Shown here one piece after another: positions 35,111 through 44,340 of a stretch of 64,000 bases of DNA. The stretch's first letter is position 1. Each line of letters begins with the position of its first letter. Below the pieces are notes generated by a model. The model searched no databases. It had not been told where the DNA came from and was given only the letters and a program-made list of their open reading frames with translations. Origin of the DNA: an uncultured Gammaproteobacteria bacterium. GTDB lineage: Bacteria > Pseudomonadota > Gammaproteobacteria > Steroidobacterales > Rariloculaceae. The stretch covers positions 2,400-66,399 of the forward strand of contig CAYXNS010000008.1 in the NCBI GenBank assembly GCA_964466315.1, given 5' to 3'. A program made the translations under genes and the position numbers.

Positions 35111-35781
35111 GGTGGTGATTTCTGCTCCTGCGCCTCGGCCGCCGGCGAACTCTCCTGGGCGTTACGAGCGAGATGGTTCTTCAATGCGATCAGCAGAGCG
35201 AGGCCGAAGAATGTGCCGGGGGCGAGTACCGCGATGAGGATTCCGTCGAACGGCAGGTCGAGATGCAATTCCGCCGCCGAACTTCCGAACAGCCGATCCA
35301 ATCCTGTGAATAATGTGCCCTGACCGACGATTTCTCGGAGCGCGCCCAGAGCGACTAGCGCAGCCGTGAAGCCCGCTCCCGTGCTGAGTCCTCCGAGAGC
35401 CGCAATGCCGATGGTCCGGCGGCTCGCGACTACTTCAGCCTGCGCGAGAATTGCGCAATTCGTCACGATCAACGAAATAAACAGCCCCAGCGTTTCGTGC
35501 AATTCGTGGAGATAGGCGTTGGTCAATAGATCCACGATCGTCACGAGCGAAGCAATGATCAGGACGAAGACGACAATCCGGGCGGCGGGGACGAGCACGC
35601 CGCGAATGAGCGATACGGTCATGTTGGTCGCGAGCAGTACGGTGGTGGTCGCGAGCCCCAACGCCAGGCCGTTTACGAGCGTGTTTGTGATCGCGAGTAG
35701 CGGGCAGAGTCCCAGTAGCTGTACGAGCGCCGGGTTGTTGCGCCAAACACCGTCTACGAAGACTGATTTGGCATCATTCAT
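35107..35781 (-). CDS. rnfE: Rnf/Rsx electron transport complex subunit E
   Basis: Trimmed to MNDAKSVFVDGVWRNNPALVQLLGLCPLLA, the RnfE/NqrD-like N-terminus. Operon position after rnfG. Confidence 0.9.
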   Translation of the reverse strand: MNDAKSVFVDGVWRNNPALVQLLGLCPLLAITNTLVNGLALGLATTTVLLATNMTVSLIRGVLVPAARIVVFVLIIASLVTIVDLLTNAYLHELHETLGLFISLIVTNCAILAQAEVVASRRTIGIAALGGLSTGAGFTAALVALGALREIVGQGTLFTGLDRLFGSSAAELHLDLPFDGILIAVLAPGTFFGLALLIALKNHLARNAQESSPAAEAQEQKSPP

Positions 35782-36436
35782 CGGCGCTATCGCCTGGCGA
35801 TAAATCGATTGTCGATGGATTGTCGAATAGTTCGCTTCTGTGTCGCTGAAAGTACAGCAAGGTATTCCTAACGCTGGTGACGATGGCACGGGCCGTTACG
35901 GTCGCGCCCGTGATCGAGTCGAAAGCGCCGCCGTCCCGGTTCACAGACCAATCGGCGGTCTGCGGCGAAGCCAGGCTCACTCCGTCGAAGCCGAAGATCC
36001 ATGGGGATTCTTCGATTTCGATTGCGTCGCCAAGACCCGGCGTCTCGCTGTGACTCGTTACGCGAACTCCGGTGACCGTGCCGTCCGTAGCGATACCGAT
36101 CAGCAGGCGGATAGGGCCGTTATAGCCTCGTGGAGCGACGCTCGAAAAGAGCGCAGCAACCGGTTGTCCCTCGCGTGTAGCGATAAACACGTCCGCGGGA
36201 TCCGCGCTGCCGAGAAGTTCTAGATTCCGAACCGATAGCCGGCCCTGCGTAAGATCGTTATCATGATCGGCTGGATCCAGGACCTGATGAAGCGATTGCA
36301 GAAGACGTTCCTGGCGATTCGCCTCGATCCGCTCATGGCTGATTTCGTAGCTCCCGCTCACGAGCGCGGCGGCGGAGATGGCGATCGCCGCGACCGAGAC
36401 GATCGCGCGCCACAGTTGCTTGTCAGGACCGACCAT
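35774..36436 (-). CDS. rnfG: Rnf/Rsx electron transport complex subunit G
   Basis: N-terminal TM anchor, FMN-binding domain with the covalent-flavinylation motif DSITGATVTARAI. Confidence 0.88.
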   Translation of the reverse strand: MVGPDKQLWRAIVSVAAIAISAAALVSGSYEISHERIEANRQERLLQSLHQVLDPADHDNDLTQGRLSVRNLELLGSADPADVFIATREGQPVAALFSSVAPRGYNGPIRLLIGIATDGTVTGVRVTSHSETPGLGDAIEIEESPWIFGFDGVSLASPQTADWSVNRDGGAFDSITGATVTARAIVTSVRNTLLYFQRHRSELFDNPSTIDLSPGDSADE

Positions 36437-37463
36437 AGATCCGTGGCCTCGTATATCGGTCCAGGAGCGGTACCGTCGCGTTCATTAGTAACACGGCAAA
36501 AGCGAGTCCATCCGGGTAGCCGCCCCAGGTGCGGATGGCATAGGTCAGTACGCCGATGCTGGCGCCGTATATCAGCCGGCCGCGCTCCGTCGTGGCGGCT
36601 GTAACGGGATCGGTCGCGATGAAAAATGCGCCCAACATGGTGGCACCACTGAATAGATGAAATCCCGGTGACAGGTAGCGGTCCGGGTCCAGCGTGTTGA
36701 GAATCAGCGCGGCCCCCAAAAGCCCGCAGAGCATGGCGACGGGAATATGCCAACGGATGGTGCCGCGATATAGAAGATAGAATCCGCCGAGTGCGGCGCA
36801 GCCGTTAATCCATTCCCAGCCGCGGCCGCCAAAAGCTCCGAACAGGGGCCCGACCTGGATTTCCCCGAGGGTGCGCATCTCTCCGAGGCCTTCTCTGGCC
36901 TGATCGAGCGGGGTCGCTAGCGTCAGAGCGTCGATGCCGATACCTGCGGGGACCTGGCCCGTTACGGCATAGGCGATATGCGCCCAGAATCCCAGTTGCT
37001 GGTTCACGATTTCGATTCCAGCGGGCGGGAGCCATTGCGTCATCTCGATCGGAAAAGAGATCAATAAGACGACGTAACCCACCATTGCGGGATTGAAGGG
37101 ATTTGATCCCAGGCCGCCGTAAAGATGCTTCGCGAGCACGATCGCGAGTCCGGCGCCCAAGGCAGGTAACCACCAGGGCGCGAGCGGTGGAAGCGCAAAA
37201 GCCAGCAAGATGGCGGTGACGGCGGTGCTGGTGTCCGCGATGCTGGGTTTGACGGCGCGCCCCCTGATTCGCAGCATCAGCGCTTCCGCCGCAAGCGCGG
37301 CAGTAACGGCAACCCCAATATTGATGAGCAGGCCCCAGCCGAAGAACCAAATGTAGACGATCGCCGCAGGGATGAGCGCAAAGAGAACGCGGCGCATGAC
37401 CAGTGGCACGCTCGTCGTGGGTATCACGTGGGGAGCGGGTCTGAGCGAGAATCTCATCTTCAC
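36423..37463 (-). CDS. rnfD: Rnf/Rsx electron transport complex subunit D
   Basis: 346-aa polytopic protein. NqrB/RnfD pattern ...GGLGSNPFNPAMVGY..., SGATMLGAFFIATDPVTAA. Confidence 0.9.
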   Translation of the reverse strand: MKMRFSLRPAPHVIPTTSVPLVMRRVLFALIPAAIVYIWFFGWGLLINIGVAVTAALAAEALMLRIRGRAVKPSIADTSTAVTAILLAFALPPLAPWWLPALGAGLAIVLAKHLYGGLGSNPFNPAMVGYVVLLISFPIEMTQWLPPAGIEIVNQQLGFWAHIAYAVTGQVPAGIGIDALTLATPLDQAREGLGEMRTLGEIQVGPLFGAFGGRGWEWINGCAALGGFYLLYRGTIRWHIPVAMLCGLLGAALILNTLDPDRYLSPGFHLFSGATMLGAFFIATDPVTAATTERGRLIYGASIGVLTYAIRTWGGYPDGLAFAVLLMNATVPLLDRYTRPRIYGRS

Positions 37464-37468
37464 GGAAT

Positions 37469-39001
37469 CTAAACCGCGTCGTCGTCCGCCGAACGTCGCC
37501 GCTGAACGCGATCGATGGCCGCCTGGATGGTTTCCTGTCGTGATTCCGAGTCCGCCGCCACCCGCGCCTTGAGTTCATCGCGAAACGTTTGCGTCTGCGC
37601 GTCCTGCAGGCGGAGGCGTTCCTGTTTGCTCAGATAGCGAACATACGACGTATCCGCGAGTTGCTGGTGTTGTACGTGCTTGAATTGGGCGTGTCTGGCG
37701 TTCCGAAAATACTCGGTCAAGGGAATCTGGCTCGGGCACACGACGTCGCAACAGCCGCACTCGATGCAATCGCTCAAGCCGAGGATGTCCAGTTGATCGA
37801 AGTCGAAACTCTTGGAGCGACCCAGCAGCTCCTGAGGTAGTAATCGTGCCGGGCAGACCTCGGCACAATCTCCGCAGCGAATACAGGGCGATTCGTCGTA
37901 CCGATCGCGAACCTCATCGTTGACTGCAGCTATCACGCAGTTGGTCGCCTTCGTAACGGGTAAGTCGTCTGATGACACGGTGTAGCCCATCATGCTGCCG
38001 CCGAGAATCAACCGTGTGACATCGTTCGCATAGCCCCCGCAATGCTCGATCAACTCGCGTATCGGTGTGCCGATAGGTACCTCGACATTCTGCGGTCTCT
38101 TCACGCCCTTACCGGTGACGGTGACAATCCTCGATGAAAGCGAATCCCCAGTGCGGACGAGTTGCCCGACGGCGTAGGCGGTGCCGACATTCTGGCAGAC
38201 GCAGCCGGTCGCGATCGGGTACCTGCCGCTCGGAACTTCCTGCCCGATCAACAGTTCGACGAGCTGTCGCTCACCGCCGGCGGGGTATTTGATCGTCACT
38301 ACCGTGATCCGCATACGATCGTCGCGCAATTCGGCGATTGCCACCTCCATGGCCTCGATGGCCCGTGGCTTATCTCGCTCTATCGCTAGTAAGCAGAGTT
38401 CTGCGTTGAGTAACTCCATCATTGTCTGTGCGCCGAGGAGAATCTCCGTGGCGCGCTCGCGCATGAGCATGTCATCGCAACTGATATAGGGTTCGCATTC
38501 GGCACCGTTGAGTATCAGTGTCGGGCAGCGCTCCCTTGTGTCGAGCTTCTCGGCGGTCGGGAATGCCGCGCCGCCTAACCCGACGATGCCGGCGGCGCGT
38601 ATTGCCCGAATGCGATCGGCATGAGAATCTGGCCACGCTGCCTGTCGTTCGACTCGTGTGTCAGCCCCATCGTTGTCTACGTCGACCAGGATGCACAGTG
38701 ACTCGATCAGTTCGCTACTGCCGGGTATGGGTCTCTCTTCCAGAGCAATGACTTCACCGCATCTCGGCGCATGGACTGCCGCTGACGGTGAATCGCCGGG
38801 TTCACCGATCATCTGGCCTTTGCGAACCCGCTCACCAACGGCAACGGTCAGTTTTGCCGGGGGCCCGGACTGCTGCCTCATGGGGATGATCAGCCGCTCG
38901 GGCATGAGGTCACGATCGATAGGCGATGCCGTCGACATTCTCTTTCGAGGCGCGACGCGTATGCCGCCCGTCATGCCGCGATGGATCCGATATTCAGTCA
39001 T
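37469..39001 (-). CDS. rnfC: Rnf/Rsx electron transport complex subunit C
   Basis: Trimmed to MTEYRIHRG (overlaps the rnfB stop by 8 nt). GIVGLGGAAFPT, two ferredoxin-type clusters CIRCGDCAEVCP and CIECGCCDVVCP. Confidence 0.9.
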   Translation of the reverse strand: MTEYRIHRGMTGGIRVAPRKRMSTASPIDRDLMPERLIIPMRQQSGPPAKLTVAVGERVRKGQMIGEPGDSPSAAVHAPRCGEVIALEERPIPGSSELIESLCILVDVDNDGADTRVERQAAWPDSHADRIRAIRAAGIVGLGGAAFPTAEKLDTRERCPTLILNGAECEPYISCDDMLMRERATEILLGAQTMMELLNAELCLLAIERDKPRAIEAMEVAIAELRDDRMRITVVTIKYPAGGERQLVELLIGQEVPSGRYPIATGCVCQNVGTAYAVGQLVRTGDSLSSRIVTVTGKGVKRPQNVEVPIGTPIRELIEHCGGYANDVTRLILGGSMMGYTVSSDDLPVTKATNCVIAAVNDEVRDRYDESPCIRCGDCAEVCPARLLPQELLGRSKSFDFDQLDILGLSDCIECGCCDVVCPSQIPLTEYFRNARHAQFKHVQHQQLADTSYVRYLSKQERLRLQDAQTQTFRDELKARVAADSESRQETIQAAIDRVQRRRSADDDAV

Positions 39002-39491
39002 CGCGGGGTTCCAAGACGATACAGTCCACTGGGCACGGCGGCAGGCATAATTCACAGCCTGTACAGTGGTCCGAGATGACCGTGTGCATCATCTGAGAAA
39101 TACCCACGATCGCATCCACCGGACAAACGCGGGCACAAAGATTACAGCCAATGCATTGACGCTCATCGATGCGTGCGACCCTGTCTAGGCTCGCATCTCC
39201 GAGGCTCGAGAGCAGCGGTTCCGGTTCGCGACCCAGCTCGCTTGCCAGCTGACGTATGGTTTCTTCTCCTCCCGGCGGGCAGCGATTGATGGACGTGAAA
39301 CCGGCGGCGATGGCTTCCGCATAAGCGCGGCATCCAGGATAGCCGCACTGCGCGCATTGAATTCTAGGCAGTAGTTGTTCGAGTCGATCCGCGATCGGAT
39401 CCATTGCGGGTCGGAGAAAGTGCCCGCTGATAACGAGTGCAACGGCGAGCGTCATGGCAAGCGCGGCCAGGATGACGGTGCCCGTGATCAT
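38994..39491 (-). CDS. rnfB: Rnf/Rsx electron transport complex subunit B
   Basis: TM anchor, CAQCGYPGCRAYAEA...CPPGG domain, then CIGCNLCARVCP and CTGCELCLPPCP. Confidence 0.9.
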   Translation of the reverse strand: MITGTVILAALAMTLAVALVISGHFLRPAMDPIADRLEQLLPRIQCAQCGYPGCRAYAEAIAAGFTSINRCPPGGEETIRQLASELGREPEPLLSSLGDASLDRVARIDERQCIGCNLCARVCPVDAIVGISQMMHTVISDHCTGCELCLPPCPVDCIVLEPRDD

Positions 39492-40072
39492 TACAGACGC
39501 ACAAATCCACTGAATCCGAGAAAGGCCATGGACATGATGCCGGCGGTGATCAGTGCGATGGCCGGGCCTTGGAAGGGTGTCGGCACATCCGCGCTTTCGA
39601 GCCGCTCCCGCAAGCCGCTGAGGAGTGTCAGTACGATTCCGAAACCCAGTGCGGCGCCGGCGCCGTAGAAGAGCGCCGAGAGCAGGGTTCGCTGCTCCGT
39701 GGAGTTCAGCAACGCGACGCCGAGAACCGCACAGTTACTCGCGATCAGGGGAATATAGAGGCCCAGAACGCGATGTAACACCGGCGAGGTTCTGCGCAGC
39801 CCCAGTTCCGTGAACTGCACCGCGGCACCGATGACGAGGATAAATGCGATCAGGCGCAGGTACTGTACGCCGAACGGCAGCAGCACATACCGCTCGATCA
39901 GATAGCTGAGCCCCGATGCGAGCGTGAGTACGAGACCCGTCGCCAACGCCATGCCCAATGCCCCATCCATTCGTCTGGAAGCGCCCAGAAACGGGCAGAG
40001 TCCGAGAAACTGAACCAGGACGAAGTTGTTCACGAGCGCTGCAGCGAAGATGATCAGCAACAGCTCGGTCAT
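39491..40072 (-). CDS. rnfA: Rnf/Rsx electron transport complex subunit A
   Basis: 193 aa with 6 TM segments. NNFVLVQFLGLCPFLG and IPLIASNCAVLG are typical of RnfA/NqrE. Confidence 0.9.
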   Translation of the reverse strand: MTELLLIIFAAALVNNFVLVQFLGLCPFLGASRRMDGALGMALATGLVLTLASGLSYLIERYVLLPFGVQYLRLIAFILVIGAAVQFTELGLRRTSPVLHRVLGLYIPLIASNCAVLGVALLNSTEQRTLLSALFYGAGAALGFGIVLTLLSGLRERLESADVPTPFQGPAIALITAGIMSMAFLGFSGFVRL

Positions 40073-40077
40073 GGCGG

Positions 40078-42081
40078 TCAGGTCACCTTCATGCCGGGTG
40101 TCGCACCGCTGTCCACGCTCAACAGAAAAATCTCCTTTCCGCCCGGTCCACTGGCGAGGACCATGCCCTCGGACACGCCGAAACGCATTTTCCGCGGGGC
40201 CAGGTTATCGACAGTGACAACGAGGCGTCCTTCCAGGTTCTCGGGCTCGTAGGCTGAGCGGATTCCGGCGAAAACCTCCCGTTCGGCATCGCCGACGTCT
40301 ATGCGCAGCTTCAGGAGTTTATCGGCGCCGCCGACGTAACTCGCCTCGATGATCTTCGCGACCCGCAAGTCGATCTTCGCGAAATGCTCGAACTCGATCT
40401 GCTCGGGGCGATCCGGGTCGTTCTTCGCGGCGGTTTCATCGGAGTTCTGGGATTCTTCGATCACGGCTTGGATCTCCTTCACATCGACGCGTTCGAGCAG
40501 CGGCTCGAAGCGCTCGATCTCGTGTCCGAGTAACGGTGTCTGGACGTCGGCCCAGTTCAGTGGCTCGACGCCGAGAAAAGCCTCGGTGCGTTCGGCCACA
40601 CCCGGTATGACGGGCTTCAGGTAAATCATCAGTGAGCGGAACAGATTCAGGCCCAATGTCGCGATACCAACGACCGTATCGGACTCGTCGGCATTCCTGG
40701 CCTTAATCCAGGGCTTCTGCTCGTCGATGTACTGATTGGCTTGGTCGGCGAGTCCCATGATTCGTCTTACGGCACGCGAATAGTTTCGCGACTCGTAATC
40801 CGTGGCTATATCGTCCGCCGCGGCAGCAAAGCCAGTGAATAACGATTCATCCGGCAGTTTGTCTGCGAGGCGTCCGGAGTTGAGCCGGTCGATGAAGCCC
40901 GCGCAGCGACTACCTATGTTCACGAGCTTGCCGACGAGATCAGAATTCACTCGCGCGACGAAGTCGTCCATATTGAGGTCGATGTCGTCGGCTGCCGGCC
41001 CGAGCTTCGCCGCAAAGTAATAACGCAAGCAGTCGGGTTCGAGATGCTTGGCATAGGTTGAAGCATTGATGAACGTGCCTCTGGACTTCGACATCTTGGA
41101 TCCATCGACTGTCAGGAATCCGTGGACGAAGACTCCCGACGGCTTTCGGTAGCCGGCGCCACTCAATACCGCCGGCCAGAACAATGTGTGAAAGTAGACG
41201 ATGTCCTTGCCGATGACGTGATAGAGTTCGGCGTCGCTGCCTTCGTCCCAGAACTGCTCGAAGCTCAATTCCGAGCGCCGGCACAGGTTGAGAAAACTCG
41301 CCATGTACCCGATCGGCGCGTCGAACCAGACATAGAAGAACTTGCCCTTCTCGCCGGGGATCTCGAAGCCGAAGTAGGGGCTGTCGCGCGAGATGTCCCA
41401 GTCCCTTAAGCCCGCCTCGAACCACTCATCGAGTTTCCGGGCGAGCGCGGCATCGACATGTTGCGGTACCCAGGCACGGAGTTCTTCCTCGAAATCGCCG
41501 AGGCGAAAGAACAAGTGTTCGGAGTCTCTAACGGATGGTGTCGTGCCCGAGATCACGGAGACTGGGTTCTCGAGTTCCATCGGTGTGTAGGTCGCGCTGC
41601 AGTTCTCGCAGGAATCACCGTACTGATCGGGCGTGTGGCACACGGGACAACCGCCGCGGACATAGCGGTCCGGCAGGAACATCTGCTTCTTTTCATCGTA
41701 CGCCTGCTGGATCGTACGACGGTGGATATGGCCGGCTTCGAGCAGACTCTTGTAGATTGACGCGGTGAGTTCCTCATTCTCCGGAGAGTGTGTCGTCAAA
41801 TAGTTGTCGACACTGATTCGAAACTGGTCGAAATCGGCCTGATGGCCGGTAGCTATCTCGGCGACGAGTTCCTCCGGGGTTACGCCGGCTGCCTCCGCGC
41901 GCAACATCGTCGGCGTGCCGTGTGCATCGCTGGCACAGACGAAAAAGCAGCGTTGCCCGCGCATACGCTGGAACCTGACCCAGACGTCGGTCTGCGTGTA
42001 CTCGACGACATGCCCGATATGCAGCGGTGCATTGGCATAGGGCAGGGCGCAGGTAACCAGAATGTCTCGTTGTTGGCCCAA
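40078..42081 (-). CDS. metG: Methionine--tRNA ligase
   Basis: HIGH region [17 protein letters not shown], zinc knuckles [22 protein letters not shown] (SKMSKSRG), C-terminal tRNA-binding (EMAP/Trbp111-like) domain. Confidence 0.95.
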   Translation of the reverse strand: MGQQRDILVTCALPYANAPLHIGHVVEYTQTDVWVRFQRMRGQRCFFVCASDAHGTPTMLRAEAAGVTPEELVAEIATGHQADFDQFRISVDNYLTTHSPENEELTASIYKSLLEAGHIHRRTIQQAYDEKKQMFLPDRYVRGGCPVCHTPDQYGDSCENCSATYTPMELENPVSVISGTTPSVRDSEHLFFRLGDFEEELRAWVPQHVDAALARKLDEWFEAGLRDWDISRDSPYFGFEIPGEKGKFFYVWFDAPIGYMASFLNLCRRSELSFEQFWDEGSDAELYHVIGKDIVYFHTLFWPAVLSGAGYRKPSGVFVHGFLTVDGSKMSKSRGTFINASTYAKHLEPDCLRYYFAAKLGPAADDIDLNMDDFVARVNSDLVGKLVNIGSRCAGFIDRLNSGRLADKLPDESLFTGFAAAADDIATDYESRNYSRAVRRIMGLADQANQYIDEQKPWIKARNADESDTVVGIATLGLNLFRSLMIYLKPVIPGVAERTEAFLGVEPLNWADVQTPLLGHEIERFEPLLERVDVKEIQAVIEESQNSDETAAKNDPDRPEQIEFEHFAKIDLRVAKIIEASYVGGADKLLKLRIDVGDAEREVFAGIRSAYEPENLEGRLVVTVDNLAPRKMRFGVSEGMVLASGPGGKEIFLLSVDSGATPGMKVT

Positions 42082-42191
42082 CTGGCGGTACTCCTTGGTA
42101 ACAGAAGGAGCGCCCGGCCGAACGCGCGATACTTCGCAGCAGGGCTGCCGCTCCGATCGCGATTATGCCACCGGCGTCTGAGGGATGCTTC

Positions 42192-43247
42192 TTAAGAGGC
42201 GTCTTTGAATTTTTCGAATTTGCTCTTATCGAAGGCCTGATGGTATGCCTCTTCGCCGGCGATGACTTTCCGGTCGAGGAGTTCCTGAATCGCCCCGTCC
42301 ATCGTTCGCATACCGCTGGCGCCACCCGACTGCATGACATTCTCGAGTTGCTCCAGTTTGCCCTGTCGAATCAAGTTTGCCACGGCGGAGGTATTGACGA
42401 GGATCTCGAGGATCGCGACTCGGCCCGAGCCGTCTTTCTTCTTGGCGAGTTGCTGCGAGATAACGCCGCGCAGAGACGTCGACAGCATATTGCGAATGTG
42501 CTCCTGCTTTTCCACGGGGAAGATGTTGATCACGCGATCTACGGTAGCTGCGGCGCCATTCGTATGTAACGTCCCCATGATGAGGACCCCCATCTCCGCG
42601 GCCGTCATGGCGATGCTCATGGTTTCCAGGTCTCTGAGTTCCCCGACCAGAATAACGTCGGGATCTTCGCGCAACGCGGATTGCAACGCCTCCGCGAATG
42701 TCTGGGTGTGAATACCTATCTCACGCTGGCTGATGAGACAGTTCTGGCGCTGATGCACGAACTCGATTGGGTCTTCGATCGTCAGAATGTGGCCATGCTG
42801 GCGCTGGTTGATGGCATCGATCATGGCCGCGAGCGTCGTGGTCTTGCCGGACCCTGTCTTGCCGGTTACGAGTATCAAGCCCTTATTCGCTTTCGTGAAC
42901 TCACGAACCGACTTCGGCATGCCGAGTTCTTCGAGCGTCAGGGCAGTCGATGGAATGCCGCGAAAGACGGCGCCAACGCCGTTCAGATGACGGAAGGCAT
43001 TTACGCGGAATCGGGCCAGGTCGGGGATCGCGAAGGCGAAGTCGGCTGAATCGTCCGCTTCGAACTGCGCGCGAGTCGCTTCGGACATTATGCCGAGGAG
43101 CGCATTCAATAATTGTTCACCGTCGAGCTTCTGATTCTGCAGACTGATCAAGTCGCCGTTCACGCGCATGCGCGGCGGATCGCCCGAGATCACATGCAGG
43201 TCCGAACCTTTGCGGAGGTGCATGCTACGAAGGAAGTCATCGATCAT
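42192..43247 (-). CDS. PilT-family hexameric ATPase (type IV pilus retraction ATPase-like), copy 2
   Basis: 351 aa. Walker A GKTGSGKTTT, Asp box ILTIEDPIEFVH, Walker B DVILVGELRD, His box GTLHTNGAA, C-terminal AVANLIRQGK (AIRNLIRE-like). Confidence 0.85.
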   Translation of the reverse strand: MIDDFLRSMHLRKGSDLHVISGDPPRMRVNGDLISLQNQKLDGEQLLNALLGIMSEATRAQFEADDSADFAFAIPDLARFRVNAFRHLNGVGAVFRGIPSTALTLEELGMPKSVREFTKANKGLILVTGKTGSGKTTTLAAMIDAINQRQHGHILTIEDPIEFVHQRQNCLISQREIGIHTQTFAEALQSALREDPDVILVGELRDLETMSIAMTAAEMGVLIMGTLHTNGAAATVDRVINIFPVEKQEHIRNMLSTSLRGVISQQLAKKKDGSGRVAILEILVNTSAVANLIRQGKLEQLENVMQSGGASGMRTMDGAIQELLDRKVIAGEEAYHQAFDKSKFEKFKDAS

Positions 43248-43248
43248 C

Positions 43249-44337
43249 TCAGGCGATCTCTACGTCCTGCAGGATGGTCGTATCCGTGACGAAGCGCTCG
43301 AACTTCTTCATGTCCGTCGCGTAGCGATACGCGTCGTCCGGATCCACGAGTTTCTGCTTGATGGCATCCAGGAGGGCTTGATCCATCATCTGCATGCCGA
43401 GATCCTTACCGGTCTGCAGCTGCGCCGGGATCTGATACGTCTGATCGGATGTAATGAGCTTCGAGATCGCACGGGTCATCACGAGGATTTCGTGGACGGC
43501 TCTGCGGTCCCGGCCGTCAGGTGTCTTGACGAGATTCTGTGTCACGACAGCCTGCAGGCTATGGGACAGGAAGCTCTTTGTCTGTTCACGTTGATCGGCC
43601 GGCAGCGCGTCGATAATTCGATCGATCGACTTTACGGCGCCCGTCGTATGTAGCGTTCCCAGGACCAGATGGCCGGTCTCTGCCGCGGTCATCGCCATGC
43701 TGATGGTCTCGGTATCCCTGAGTTCGCCGACGAGAATCACATCGGGGTCTTCGCGGAGAGCCGCCCGCACGCCTTCGGCGAAACTCGGGACATGCGTTCC
43801 CAGTTCGCGCTGTATGACCTGTGCCTTCTTGCTGTGGTGGACGAACTCAATCGGGTCTTCGAGGCTGATGATATTGAGATTTCGAGTGCCATTGAGATGG
43901 TCGATCATCGACGCCAGCGTCGTGGACTTACCGGTGCCCGTCGATCCGGTGACGAGCACCATTCCTTGATGGAGGTCGCAGAACTTCACTACGACGGGCG
44001 GAAGGTCGAGCGATTCGATCGTTGGGATCTTATTCGGGATATTTCGGAAGGTAGCGCCGATGCCGGTTTCCTTGCGAAACACGTTGGCTCTGAATCGCCC
44101 GCCTTCCTGGCTGACATAGGAAAAGTCCAGATCGTGACCCTGAGAGAAGCGTTCTTTCTGCGCCTCCGTCAGTATCTCACCGACGTAGCTCTCCATCTCG
44201 GTGTCGGCGAGGTCCCGGAATTTGATGGGCATGAGATCGCCATGCAGACGAAGCATTGGCGGGATGCCGACGGCCAGGTGAACGTCCGAGCAGCCTTGCG
44301 CGAGCCCGAGCTTCAAGAATGAGTCGATCCGTGCCAT
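43249..44337 (-). CDS. PilT-family hexameric ATPase, copy 1
   Basis: 362 aa. Walker A GSTGTGKSTT, IISLEDPIEFVH, DVILVGELRD, GTLHTTGAV. The AIRNLIRE-equivalent position is AISKLITS. Confidence 0.85.
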   Translation of the reverse strand: MARIDSFLKLGLAQGCSDVHLAVGIPPMLRLHGDLMPIKFRDLADTEMESYVGEILTEAQKERFSQGHDLDFSYVSQEGGRFRANVFRKETGIGATFRNIPNKIPTIESLDLPPVVVKFCDLHQGMVLVTGSTGTGKSTTLASMIDHLNGTRNLNIISLEDPIEFVHHSKKAQVIQRELGTHVPSFAEGVRAALREDPDVILVGELRDTETISMAMTAAETGHLVLGTLHTTGAVKSIDRIIDALPADQREQTKSFLSHSLQAVVTQNLVKTPDGRDRRAVHEILVMTRAISKLITSDQTYQIPAQLQTGKDLGMQMMDQALLDAIKQKLVDPDDAYRYATDMKKFERFVTDTTILQDVEIA

Positions 44338-44340
44338 CGA

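Noticed and set aside
36805-37578. 257-aa Arg-rich ORF in an alternative frame of rnfD/rnfC
   Set aside because: Same-strand out-of-frame shadow of rnfD. Its composition (runs of R, G, P) is not protein-like, and the rnfD frame has family motifs.
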